Origin: a virus
Taxonomy: Duplodnaviria > Heunggongvirae > Uroviricota > Caudoviricetes > Crassvirales
IMG/VR virus record: IMGVR_UViG_3300044716_000090
Coordinates: 1-40,812 of that record
Length of the DNA stretch: 40,812 bases
Strand: one strand, 5' to 3'
Shown here: piece after piece, positions 8,111 through 16,227 of the stretch
Position numbering within the stretch: the first letter of the stretch is position 1
Layout of the letters: every line of letters starts with the position of its first letter
Notes under the pieces: model-generated
The model's input: only the letters and a program-made list of their open reading frames with translations
What the model was told of the DNA's origin: nothing
Database searches by the model: none
Translations under genes and position numbers: made by a program

Positions 8111-8269
8111 TTATGGTGTAGCAGTTGTAGTAGTAGTTGTTGTACTGGTACTAGATGTTGTTAATACAACATTACCTGCCACCTGTGTTAATTTCTCTAA
8201 CTGCTTAGAAATATTCCAAAGTAGTTTAGCTTTCTGACTCCATCCTATTTGTTGACTTGGTATTGCCAT
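8111..8269 (-). CDS. 52-aa peptide: MAIPSQQIGW domain plus Ser/Thr tail (TTSSTSTTTTTTTATP), absent from the ORF track
   Basis: Translated by hand. The first ~30 aa are clearly homologous to the N-terminus of 9522..9893. Confidence 0.8.
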   Translation of the reverse strand: MAIPSQQIGWSQKAKLLWNISKQLEKLTQVAGNVVLTTSSTSTTTTTTTATP

Positions 8270-8280
8270 GTTGTTATAAT

Positions 8281-9510
8281 TTAAACGTTACCCATTTGTA
8301 ATGAACCTTGTACTCCACTGAATGGATTAAGTGCAGAGTAAGTTGCTCCAGAGTTTGTAGCGTTATGGTTATTACCACTATTGTCAGTTAATTGTGTCTC
8401 TAAAGTATTTCCTTGGAAGATCAATAACTTAGTTCCTACAAGATTAGTTAATTGAGAAGTTGGTACTGTAAATCCAGAAGTATCATAAACTTGAGTAGTA
8501 GTCCATCTAAAGTTGGTCATTAATCCGTTGAATCCTGAGCTAGGCTCATTACCATATCCAATTGTCAATGGTAAACTTTGGCTAGAGATAGATCCACTAT
8601 AAGCTGCAGTGTTTACTTGAATACCATTTACAAACATATAAGCTGTAGATCCTACTCCCATTATACATATGTGAGTCCATTGTCCTGCAGTAAATGTAAC
8701 TCCTGAAGCGAGTAGAGGTGAGTTATTTGCCCAGAAATATAATGAGCTTCCACTACCTTCAATAGAGATAGCATTAGGAGCAGGGTATGCACCAAAGCTA
8801 TATGGACGAGGGAAACCATTAAAGTTAGTTACATTAACAAACATCTCAATAGTGAAATCTCCTACAATATCAAAGTCTGTACTAGCTGCAATACCTATAT
8901 AACCTGGTTCACCTTGATTTACAATAACTTCCCATCCTTTACTTTGTAAGGCTGCTCTAGATGCAGCACTATTTTCTGTAGGAATAGCATTTGTACCACC
9001 AGCTAAATCTACAAATCCATTCTCTACACCACTGCCATCTAACCATTGTAATGTATAATCTACAGCTGTTGCTGTAAGAGCATTACCATTAAGGTTAACA
9101 CTGCTAAGATTTGCTTCAGGTAATGTTATTGATGTAATATTATTACCAGAAAGATCAAATCCTGTAAGAGCATTGAATGATGATGCTGATATATCTATGG
9201 ATCCTGATATATCACACTGATCCATATCAAAAAATTGTAAGCTATTAAGTCCTGAAATATCAGGAATACCAGCTGAGAAATTACTATCATCAAGACGTAA
9301 TTCCTCAAGGGCTGTACATCCTGATAAGTTAATACCAGTTAATGATGGATTACCACTACCATCAAGTAGTTCAGTGTCACTTACATCTACATTTATTAAA
9401 TTTGTAAGTCCAGATAGATTTACTGTTTGTAAAGAGTTCCAGTCTGCATTAAAAGTTTGCAGATTGGTTAAGTTTTGTAAACCTGATATTGATGTTATTA
9501 CTGTTGCCAT
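8281..9510 (-). CDS. Leucine-rich-repeat plus LamG (ConA-like) domain protein, putative adhesin
   Basis: LRR units (LTNLQTFNADWNSL, LTGFDLSGNNI) followed by a LamG signature (DFTIEMFV, WTHI, FNGLMTNFRW). Confidence 0.8.
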   Translation of the reverse strand: MATVITSISGLQNLTNLQTFNADWNSLQTVNLSGLTNLINVDVSDTELLDGSGNPSLTGINLSGCTALEELRLDDSNFSAGIPDISGLNSLQFFDMDQCDISGSIDISASSFNALTGFDLSGNNITSITLPEANLSSVNLNGNALTATAVDYTLQWLDGSGVENGFVDLAGGTNAIPTENSAASRAALQSKGWEVIVNQGEPGYIGIAASTDFDIVGDFTIEMFVNVTNFNGFPRPYSFGAYPAPNAISIEGSGSSLYFWANNSPLLASGVTFTAGQWTHICIMGVGSTAYMFVNGIQVNTAAYSGSISSQSLPLTIGYGNEPSSGFNGLMTNFRWTTTQVYDTSGFTVPTSQLTNLVGTKLLIFQGNTLETQLTDNSGNNHNATNSGATYSALNPFSGVQGSLQMGNV

Positions 9511-9521
9511 GTTTGTTAAGA

Positions 9522-9893
9522 TTAATCAGTACCCCAAAAAGATAAATAAGTTACTTTAGTTGCATCACTGAAACATAATTGTACAGTGTGTGCTGTATTC
9601 TCAGCAGTGTAAAGATGTTCTATATCTACAGCAACACCAGTAGCAATAGTACCATTACTTGTAGTACCATCACCCCATGTAGCAGTGTATGTTATATCTG
9701 CTGATACTTCAACAGTCATTCCAAAGTTAAGTCCACCTAATGTAGTGTCAGCTACAAAACTAATACAGTTTGGATCAGCTTGTGGTTGACCAATATTATA
9801 TATAACTCTAGTAAGATATTCCAATTGCTTGGATATCTGCCACAGAAGAAGTTCTTCCGTGCCCCAGCCAATCTGTCTAGAAGGTATTGCCAT
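9522..9893 (-). CDS. 123-aa protein: MAIPSRQIGW domain plus PKD-like beta domain
   Basis: TYTATWGDGTT and IEHLYT resemble the PKD WDFGDG...HTY motif. Confidence 0.7.
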   Translation of the reverse strand: MAIPSRQIGWGTEELLLWQISKQLEYLTRVIYNIGQPQADPNCISFVADTTLGGLNFGMTVEVSADITYTATWGDGTTSNGTIATGVAVDIEHLYTAENTAHTVQLCFSDATKVTYLSFWGTD

Positions 9894-9895
9894 GA

Positions 9896-10849
9896 TTAAT
9901 ATGTTTTATTTAGTATAAATATATCACTGTAAATACTGTTGCTTGTACTAGCAGCACCCCACTGAACAGTGATATCTAATGTATTAGAAATTGTTGTATT
10001 AAAAGTTGTACTATTTACTACGTTAAATGCAAATCCTTGAACAGAAGCATTGTTAGTTTTTGTATAATGGAAACTACCTAATGATACAATAGATGCTACA
10101 CCAGCAGTTCCAAGTTGTCTAATTGTAAAATCAACGTTTAGAGAAAACACATCGTTTGTAACACTACTTCCAAGGTTTTGAGGACCACTATCTAGAAGAA
10201 CAACAGATCCTGCCTTCACTCTAACTCTTATAGTTTGATTATTTGTAGCGTTAATAACACCACCAACAATCGCTCTAAAGCTGTCACCAACATTAAATCC
10301 ATTGGCTGGTACAGATAATGTACCTACACCACCGTTAACCAATGATGTTTCTACTGTTGTGTTAGTAATAATAGTACTGTTGGCTGTTTGAGCAAATAAA
10401 CCAGGCATACCTACTGGACCTTGGATACCTTGTATTCCCTGTATTCCTTGCTCTCCTTGAGGGCCTTGAATACCTTGTGGTCCTGGAGGTCCTTGTAAAT
10501 CACCTACATCTTCCCAAGCATTAGTTGCTGTATTCCAAACATATAAAGAACCATCTGATTCAATTATCCATGCTGTACCTGGAAGTCCAGGATCACCACC
10601 AGCACCTGCTTCAAACGCAGCTAAGTCAGGATAAGAACCAAGTACAGTTAGAGCTGCACCAGTTTCACCCTGAATACCCTGTGGACCTTGTACACCTTGT
10701 GGACCCTGAGGACCAACAGGACCTTGAGGACCTACTGTTCCACCATCAGCAATACTTTCAATAAGGTTATCTAAATTAAGCCAGCCCTCGTAACCATTGC
10801 ATGGGTTACAAAGTTCTCTCCAAAATCCTGGCTTTACGAATGTAGGCAT
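9896..10849 (-). CDS. Collagen-like (Gly-X-Y) virion protein with a C-terminal globular domain
   Basis: Two runs of GPQ/GIQ triplets separated by a short domain. Confidence 0.8.
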   Translation of the reverse strand: MPTFVKPGFWRELCNPCNGYEGWLNLDNLIESIADGGTVGPQGPVGPQGPQGVQGPQGIQGETGAALTVLGSYPDLAAFEAGAGGDPGLPGTAWIIESDGSLYVWNTATNAWEDVGDLQGPPGPQGIQGPQGEQGIQGIQGIQGPVGMPGLFAQTANSTIITNTTVETSLVNGGVGTLSVPANGFNVGDSFRAIVGGVINATNNQTIRVRVKAGSVVLLDSGPQNLGSSVTNDVFSLNVDFTIRQLGTAGVASIVSLGSFHYTKTNNASVQGFAFNVVNSTTFNTTISNTLDITVQWGAASTSNSIYSDIFILNKTY

Positions 10850-10870
10850 AATGAATAATTAAATAATGTT

Positions 10871-10905
10871 CAAAGATATGTTGTTTTTTACTATAATCAA
10901 TGAGT
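10871..10905 (-). promoter_or_regulatory. Promoter ACTCATTGA-N18-TATCTTTG
   Basis: Plus strand shows CAAAGATA at 10871-10878 and TCAATGAGT at 10897-10905, upstream of the collagen gene start. Confidence 0.6.
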
Positions 10906-10924
10906 ATCAATAATTTACAATAAC

Positions 10925-10955
10925 CAAATTAATTAAAATGATTCTAATTAATTTG
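10925..10955. repeat. Perfect 11-bp AT-rich inverted repeat CAAATTAATTA-N9-TAATTAATTTG
   Basis: Read directly; lies between the beta-barrel gene stop and the 10871 promoter. Confidence 0.6.
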
Positions 10956-10956
10956 A

Positions 10957-12195
10957 TTATAAATTCACCTTACTTCCCACCACTGCAAAAAACAGTGCAG
11001 GTTGATCAGGAATTGTACTCAAACTTGTTCTTACACCAAGATTCACCTTGAATCTTTTTGTTATAGAATAGTCCACACTAGCACCTGTTAGAAATCCCAT
11101 GTCTTCACTTACTAAGAATTCTTTTTGCTTAGTAGCATAAGTAACTGGGCTTCCAGATATGTACAAGTCTGGGCTAATTGTAATTCTTCTGTTAATAGGG
11201 AAGGGTTTAGTGTAGAACAGTAACAACGAATGTGTTATGTTGTATTGCTTCTTTCCCTCTGCATATTCAGAGTTATTAACACTAATTGTAAGGTTAGCTC
11301 CTGTCACTCCCATTTTACCCATAGGATAGATGTAAGCATATGTTGCAAACCCAAACATGCTACCAAATGCATAAGCAACAGTAACACCATAGTTATTTAA
11401 GCTCTGTAGTTTACCACCATCGAAGTTCATCTTAGTGTATCTACCTGATAGAGCGAATTGTTTTAGATTGCTCCAGACCATTCCTGTAAGTCCCCAAGAC
11501 ATATCACCTGCCATAGAGCTCTGTGATATACCTCCCGTAGCAATAATGTTTACAGATCTGTCTAAACTCTGTCCTCCTGTAAAATCAGAATTGAATAGTA
11601 TAGGGTTAACTCTTGCTTGGGCTCTGCCTCCAGATTTAGAAGAGGACTTACCCCCTCCCCCCTTACTTTCAGATTTGCTTTCTGATTTGGATTCCCCTGA
11701 TGAGCTTTCAGAACTGCTTGATTCTGAGGAACTTGATGAGCTCTCTGAGCTACCACCACTAGAAGAACTGCTGGACGAACCAGTTGCAGAGCTACTAGCT
11801 GCACTAGAGGCAGCACTAGAAGCTGCTGAACTTGCTGCTGAAGAACTAGCTGAGGAAGCAGCTGCAGATGCAGCAGCACTCACTGCAGCAGATACAGCAC
11901 CTGCTGTAACTTGAGTAGCAGTGGCAGCAGTCTGAGCCACAGAGCAAGGAGACAATTTTCTATATTCCTCGTAAACTTGGTTAATCCACGTCTGGAAAAC
12001 CCCAGAACTAACATCAGCAGAAGTAAAAGTCCTATGCTTATTATAAAACACAACAGTAGTGCTGCCAGTGATAGGGATACTAAAAACAGTAACAAGTTTC
12101 GTACAGGGGTCAGTGAATGTCTGGATGATCGTTTGTGAATATCCATATATTGGTAGTATTACTACCACTATTAAAGAAATTATAAACTTCTTCAT
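10957..12195 (-). CDS. Exported protein with a Ser/Ala linker and a C-terminal outer-membrane beta-barrel
   Basis: Signal peptide ending YGYS|Q; low-complexity linker; many amphipathic strands (FALSGRYTKM, YGVTVAYAF, GASVDYSI, FKVNLGVR). Confidence 0.7.
   Translation of the reverse strand: MKKFIISLIVVVILPIYGYSQTIIQTFTDPCTKLVTVFSIPITGSTTVVFYNKHRTFTSADVSSGVFQTWINQVYEEYRKLSPCSVAQTAATATQVTAGAVSAAVSAAASAAASSASSSAASSAASSAASSAASSSATGSSSSSSSGGSSESSSSSSESSSSESSSGESKSESKSESKGGGGKSSSKSGGRAQARVNPILFNSDFTGGQSLDRSVNIIATGGISQSSMAGDMSWGLTGMVWSNLKQFALSGRYTKMNFDGGKLQSLNNYGVTVAYAFGSMFGFATYAYIYPMGKMGVTGANLTISVNNSEYAEGKKQYNITHSLLLFYTKPFPINRRITISPDLYISGSPVTYATKQKEFLVSEDMGFLTGASVDYSITKRFKVNLGVRTSLSTIPDQPALFFAVVGSKVNL
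11628..11940 (-). repeat. Low-complexity coding repeat (SAAS, SSES, SKSE units)
   Basis: Encodes AASSAASSAASS...SSESSSSSSE...SKSESKSESKGGGG. Confidence 0.8.
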
Positions 12196-12911
12196 TACTT
12201 GGTGAAGATTCCTTTTTTAACCATACGGTCCAGGATTCTTGCACAAGCAATATCTAAAGCCTTCTTAGTTGCTATAGAAATAGTGGATTGATTAAACTTA
12301 ACTGGATCCAGGGAAGCATCTGATAGACCACTAGTTTCCTTTGTAGTCTTAGCTTCACCCAGTCCAGAACCAGAGAACACAACACCTGTTTCAGCATCCG
12401 TGAATCTCACTTGCAGTCCTAGCCTTGTAACCATGAGTTGCTTGGTACCATCCTTGAGGCTGATAGATTCATCCTCTGATATAGAATAGTCATAGCACTC
12501 AATAGTAACAAAGTATTTTGCAAGGTTTATTTTACCTCTCCCATCTAATTTGTTTTCAGAGATACCAGCCTGCGAAGCTTGGAATTGCTTTACCATTCTG
12601 TTCTTGATCTCTGTTTTATCTTCTGTGAATTTGAATCTGTTTAGATTCTCTAGGTATTCCATAGATATGTTAGCAACACCTAGCCCAACACGTTTCTCTT
12701 TAAGCTCAGGATAGAGCTCATACATCTCATCATTAATACCACATTTCAATATCTGGATTGGGATTTGAGGTCCATCATAATCCAGGAAGCTCGAAATGTC
12801 TATAGCCTTCTCAAAGCTAGCCTTGTATTGCTCTGTAGAGGTTTTGGCAAGCTGAGCTTGTAACAAATTTATATATAAAAATGTTACAAGAACCAGTAGT
12901 AATCTCTTCAT
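12195..12911 (-). CDS. CsgG/HfaB-like exported protein
   Basis: Signal peptide ending LLQA|Q; RFKFTED...; AKYFVTIECYDY; LGLQVRFTDAETGVV (CsgG-family vRlvDveTG pattern); C-terminal helix. Confidence 0.7.
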   Translation of the reverse strand: MKRLLLVLVTFLYINLLQAQLAKTSTEQYKASFEKAIDISSFLDYDGPQIPIQILKCGINDEMYELYPELKEKRVGLGVANISMEYLENLNRFKFTEDKTEIKNRMVKQFQASQAGISENKLDGRGKINLAKYFVTIECYDYSISEDESISLKDGTKQLMVTRLGLQVRFTDAETGVVFSGSGLGEAKTTKETSGLSDASLDPVKFNQSTISIATKKALDIACARILDRMVKKGIFTK

Positions 12912-13126
12912 TTGTTTCTATTTAAATGCTTCGATAATAAAATATAAGACAGAAAAAATGATCCTGAGATACAATAAAAAATAATATCTGCTACCCAGAA
13001 AGAACCTGTAGCGTTCATTATAGTCTTGAATAAAAAGTCGTAACCAAACGGGAGAAAGAACATGGCTAGCATTAAGCTCATGTCTTTCATGTACGTCAGT
13101 CTCTTGAATGTTTTTCTTTTGGTCAT
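12908..13126 (-). CDS. 72-aa two-TM membrane protein
   Basis: Two hydrophobic segments; ATGA overlap with the downstream CsgG-like gene. Confidence 0.7.
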   Translation of the reverse strand: MTKRKTFKRLTYMKDMSLMLAMFFLPFGYDFLFKTIMNATGSFWVADIIFYCISGSFFLSYILLSKHLNRNK

Positions 13127-13150
13127 GAGTATCCATGTTGTTAGATTAAG

Positions 13151-13744
13151 TTAAAAATCTTTGATCTTCCCACAATGGATACATTCATAGTCTCCATCAT
13201 GGTCTACATCAGCAAATACATGCTCACACTGTTTGTGCTCGTGATGTAGGAACTCAAGCTTTTCCATTTCTTGCTCGTGTTCTTGTTGGTCTTTTCTTAA
13301 CTCATATTCTTGTTTATTTTCTACGATAGCCATTTCTGAAGCACGCTCTGCAGCTTTAACAAAAGCATCAGGCACTGTAGGAGCAACTGGTTTGTTACTC
13401 TCTTTCATATCATTTGTATGAGAGAGGGTTGTACCATCTTCCTCATCCATCTTCTGAACAAGCATCTTGTCTTTGTCTGTATCGCTGAACCAATAGTCTA
13501 TAATCTTTCCATAGGAACCAATGAAAGCTCCTAACATTAAGAACAATAACTCTTTCCATTCAGCAGGCATTGTAGCATTGTAATTAACAGCTACAAATAT
13601 ACCACCAATGATAAGCATGAATGATCCAAGCACTAATGCAGTGATGTACCATCTTCTTGCCATCATAGATGCTAAGAGTTCACGAAAGCCTGTAGCTTGT
13701 TGCTGCTTTACTTCTTCAGCTGGTTTTGATTTAAATAAGTCCAT
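13151..13744 (-). CDS. 197-aa two-TM membrane protein with a coiled segment and a C-terminal Cys/His cluster
   Basis: TM segments WYITALVLG...FVAV and LLFLMLGAFIG...YWFS; tail CEH...DVDHDGDYECIHCG. Confidence 0.75.
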   Translation of the reverse strand: MDLFKSKPAEEVKQQQATGFRELLASMMARRWYITALVLGSFMLIIGGIFVAVNYNATMPAEWKELLFLMLGAFIGSYGKIIDYWFSDTDKDKMLVQKMDEEDGTTLSHTNDMKESNKPVAPTVPDAFVKAAERASEMAIVENKQEYELRKDQQEHEQEMEKLEFLHHEHKQCEHVFADVDHDGDYECIHCGKIKDF

Positions 13745-13845
13745 ACGTTTGCTATTACTTGTTGATTTAATTTAATAAGCTCAGCTTTCTTTATACCAGA
13801 TCTTCTAGATCTCTGAGCAGTTGGTTTCTTTTTCTTCTGTGCCAT
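13708..13845 (-). CDS. Possible 45-aa basic peptide (MAQKKKKPTAQRSRRSGIKK...)
   Basis: ATG lies 1 nt after the upstream stop, but the ORF overlaps the next gene by 37 nt. Confidence 0.4.
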   Translation of the reverse strand: MAQKKKKPTAQRSRRSGIKKAELIKLNQQVIANVWTYLNQNQLKK

Positions 13846-13846
13846 A

Positions 13847-14149
13847 TTACCACTTTGGAGCTTCTTCTTTAAACTCATCACCTTCTTTCTTTTTAACTTT
13901 AGGTGCTGGCTGAGCTGCAGGTTTTTCAACCACTCTCTCAATCACCTTAGTTCCACCACTAGCAGATTGTGCTTGGTTAGAATTGGTAATGTTAATTACA
14001 GGAGCAGCAGCTGCTGGGGCAGCTTCTTTCTCATCCCCACCAGTTAGTTTGGTTGTAAACCAACCACCTACACCTAGTGTAACTGTACTAACTAATCCAA
14101 TTAAAATGTTTTTTATAGAGGTGCCTCCTCCTGCTTGTTCTTCTGACAT
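13847..14149 (-). CDS. 100-aa single-TM protein with Ala/Pro-rich linkers
   Basis: ILIGLVSTVTLGVGGWF followed by AAPAAAAP and PAAQPAP. Confidence 0.75.
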   Translation of the reverse strand: MSEEQAGGGTSIKNILIGLVSTVTLGVGGWFTTKLTGGDEKEAAPAAAAPVINITNSNQAQSASGGTKVIERVVEKPAAQPAPKVKKKEGDEFKEEAPKW

Positions 14150-14152
14150 ATA

Positions 14153-14530
14153 TTAATGTTTAATAGTTATAGATCTTTTATATTCTTTACCAGAGATGTC
14201 AATTAATTCAAGAGTGTAATCTCCAGTTTTAACATCTGAGTAGTCTAATGTTCTGACAACCAATGTGTTATCAGCTGTAAAGCCTGTAGCTTTTTTAACA
14301 TCTCCACTTAAATCAATTAACCTCAAGGAGTATTTAGCTCCTGGTGTAAGGTTCATTGTTACATCCACCTTATCACTAACTAGTGCTGTGGATAGGTTTA
14401 CAATAGCTGTAGCTGTAGATTCCTTTCCTAGGTTAATTACCTGAGGAGCAGGGATGTCCACCTTTGTACAAGCAATCACTGTAGCAAGTATTAGTATGTA
14501 GAGACCTAGTAATATTCTTAGTTCTTTCAT
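14153..14530 (-). CDS. Lipoprotein resembling a T9SS type-A C-terminal sorting domain
   Basis: Lipobox VIA|C at Cys21; YSLRLIDLSG...LDYSDVKTGDYTLELIDISGKEYKRSITIKH follows the Por-secretion-tail pattern. Confidence 0.6.
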   Translation of the reverse strand: MKELRILLGLYILILATVIACTKVDIPAPQVINLGKESTATAIVNLSTALVSDKVDVTMNLTPGAKYSLRLIDLSGDVKKATGFTADNTLVVRTLDYSDVKTGDYTLELIDISGKEYKRSITIKH

Positions 14531-16227
14531 TAGAAATTATTATAGCCTGTTAATTTAATTGTTGTTGTATTTAAGTTTACACCCAGTTGGTTACCCTTGT
14601 TATCTGAGGCATCCAGATTAGATGTAATCTTGATAGCTGAATTGATATCCAATCCACTTTGTAATGTAGAGAATACCAACTTGAAAGGGGTTAAATCCTT
14701 TCCTGTATATGGAGTTTTTAATTCTCTATCAACAGCACCAAACTTAATACGTCCTTCGTGGTTGTTTACAAACACTATCCATGTAGGCATATCAACCTTG
14801 ATAGATTCAAACTTAACCTTCTTTGGATCATATACAAACTCAAACTGCAATGCTGATAGCTCAGCCTTATTTGTATTTACATTCACTGGAATAGTGAACT
14901 CATTACTAGTAAGTGTTAAGTTATTTAAGCTAACATCTATATCAGGAATATTCTGATTAGGTGTATTAACAAATCCTGCAGCAAATGTAGTTACTGTTGG
15001 AGCTTGTGTCCTAACAGATGAATGTGATCTATTGATATCTCCAGGGATTAAATAGCTAATACTTAATGGTCTAGCTACATCACTAGTCTTGAAGTTTATA
15101 GTGTATCTATCTGTTACATTTCTCCAAGAGGTAGCAGATAGGGTGTCATATGTACCACTTAAGAAAGCAGGAACATTCCATAATGTCTGTCCTTGTTGTG
15201 CTTTAAATATTGTGTCAGCTCCTACAGCCTGTGCAAATAGTCCTGTAACATCTCCACCATCAAACGCTCTATTATTATTAATATCAGCTGCTAGAAATCC
15301 AATACCAGAAGCAATGTTGCTATTGCTGAATGTACCATTTAGATTTTGTTTTACAAACTCAGACATAGCAGCTGTGTAATCACTCACTGTAATTGCTCTA
15401 TTCAATATAGCTGGAATGCTATCTGATATAACATTTACTAAAATCTTATAAGCTGTGTTAGGGCTTAGCTCACTACCAAGAGTGAATGTACCATTAGCAG
15501 CTGGAGTGACAGTAGCTCTAACTACATTTGTAGCTGAGTCAACAAACACTATCCTAGGTTGATATCCAGTTGTTAGATTGCTATTTAGTTTCACCTCACC
15601 ATTAACAAGTGCATTAGCCACTGGTGTAAGTCCTATCCAAGCTGAGTTAGGTTTAGGCATTCTTACATCATGAAAGGTTCCTCCATAGTTACCACTGAAT
15701 GCTTGAGCAAAGTTGTAATAAACAGAGTCATATGCAAATCCTGCAGCCACCTGCTCCACTCTAAATCTGATGTTACATAATGTACCATCTATTAGGTCAG
15801 CACTTGATACAGCCCATATACGATTGATAGCTCTACCACTAGTCTGACTATAACCATAACTAGCGTTGTTTGAGTTTTGTTGTCCAGATTCTGTTGTATT
15901 CTGTGCAGTTCTGTTTAAGAAGTATCCAGGATAGTATTGATTCTGATAAGATGTTTGTGCTCCCTGAGGAACAGCATTACCAAATGTAAGATCTATCATA
16001 TTGATAGCTGTAATCTGGTGTTGAAAGTCTAGGTAGAAAGAACGTACAGGTTTACCTGCAGCTGCTTTATACACTAAAGACACTTGTACAGTGTCACCTT
16101 TTTTGATAGCCCCACCGTTAATGTTGGTACCAGCAACATTAGGAATTAGCCTCAATTCAGGATTTTGTCCATAAGAAGTTGTCACAATTATTGTAAAAAG
16201 TGTGACAAAAAATAATAGTTTATTCAT
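14530..16227 (-). CDS. Exported cohesin/dockerin-domain protein
   Basis: Signal peptide ending TSYG|Q; dockerin-like loop AADINNNRAFDGGDV and PGDINRS; C-terminal cohesin-like TIPVNV...SALQFEFVYDPKKVKF; N-terminal cohesin-like beta domain. Confidence 0.7.
   Translation of the reverse strand: MNKLLFFVTLFTIIVTTSYGQNPELRLIPNVAGTNINGGAIKKGDTVQVSLVYKAAAGKPVRSFYLDFQHQITAINMIDLTFGNAVPQGAQTSYQNQYYPGYFLNRTAQNTTESGQQNSNNASYGYSQTSGRAINRIWAVSSADLIDGTLCNIRFRVEQVAAGFAYDSVYYNFAQAFSGNYGGTFHDVRMPKPNSAWIGLTPVANALVNGEVKLNSNLTTGYQPRIVFVDSATNVVRATVTPAANGTFTLGSELSPNTAYKILVNVISDSIPAILNRAITVSDYTAAMSEFVKQNLNGTFSNSNIASGIGFLAADINNNRAFDGGDVTGLFAQAVGADTIFKAQQGQTLWNVPAFLSGTYDTLSATSWRNVTDRYTINFKTSDVARPLSISYLIPGDINRSHSSVRTQAPTVTTFAAGFVNTPNQNIPDIDVSLNNLTLTSNEFTIPVNVNTNKAELSALQFEFVYDPKKVKFESIKVDMPTWIVFVNNHEGRIKFGAVDRELKTPYTGKDLTPFKLVFSTLQSGLDINSAIKITSNLDASDNKGNQLGVNLNTTTIKLTGYNNF

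Noticed and set aside
9510-9524. Possible frameshift fusing the PKD-like and LRR-LamG genes
   Set aside because: The 11-nt spacer has no slippery heptamer, and the downstream gene has its own AACAAAC-ATG start.
12195-12911. A true curli operon
   Set aside because: No CsgA/CsgB amyloid repeats or CsgE/CsgF are recognisable, so no csg gene symbol was assigned.
12918-13136. Alternative-frame 72-aa ORF (MDTHDQKK...) with a good-looking AACAAC leader
   Set aside because: It overlaps the two-TM ORF 12908..13126 almost completely. The latter has a coherent membrane topology and an ATGA coupling. Dual coding cannot be excluded without ribosome profiling.
13126-13153. In-frame arrangement of the 197-aa and 72-aa genes (8 codons apart), suggesting readthrough
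   Set aside because: The stop is TAA, there is no readthrough signal, and in-frame spacing occurs one time in three by chance.
13708-13941. 77-aa version of the basic ORF
   Set aside because: The first 32 codons overlap the 100-aa gene; the internal ATG at 13845 fits better.
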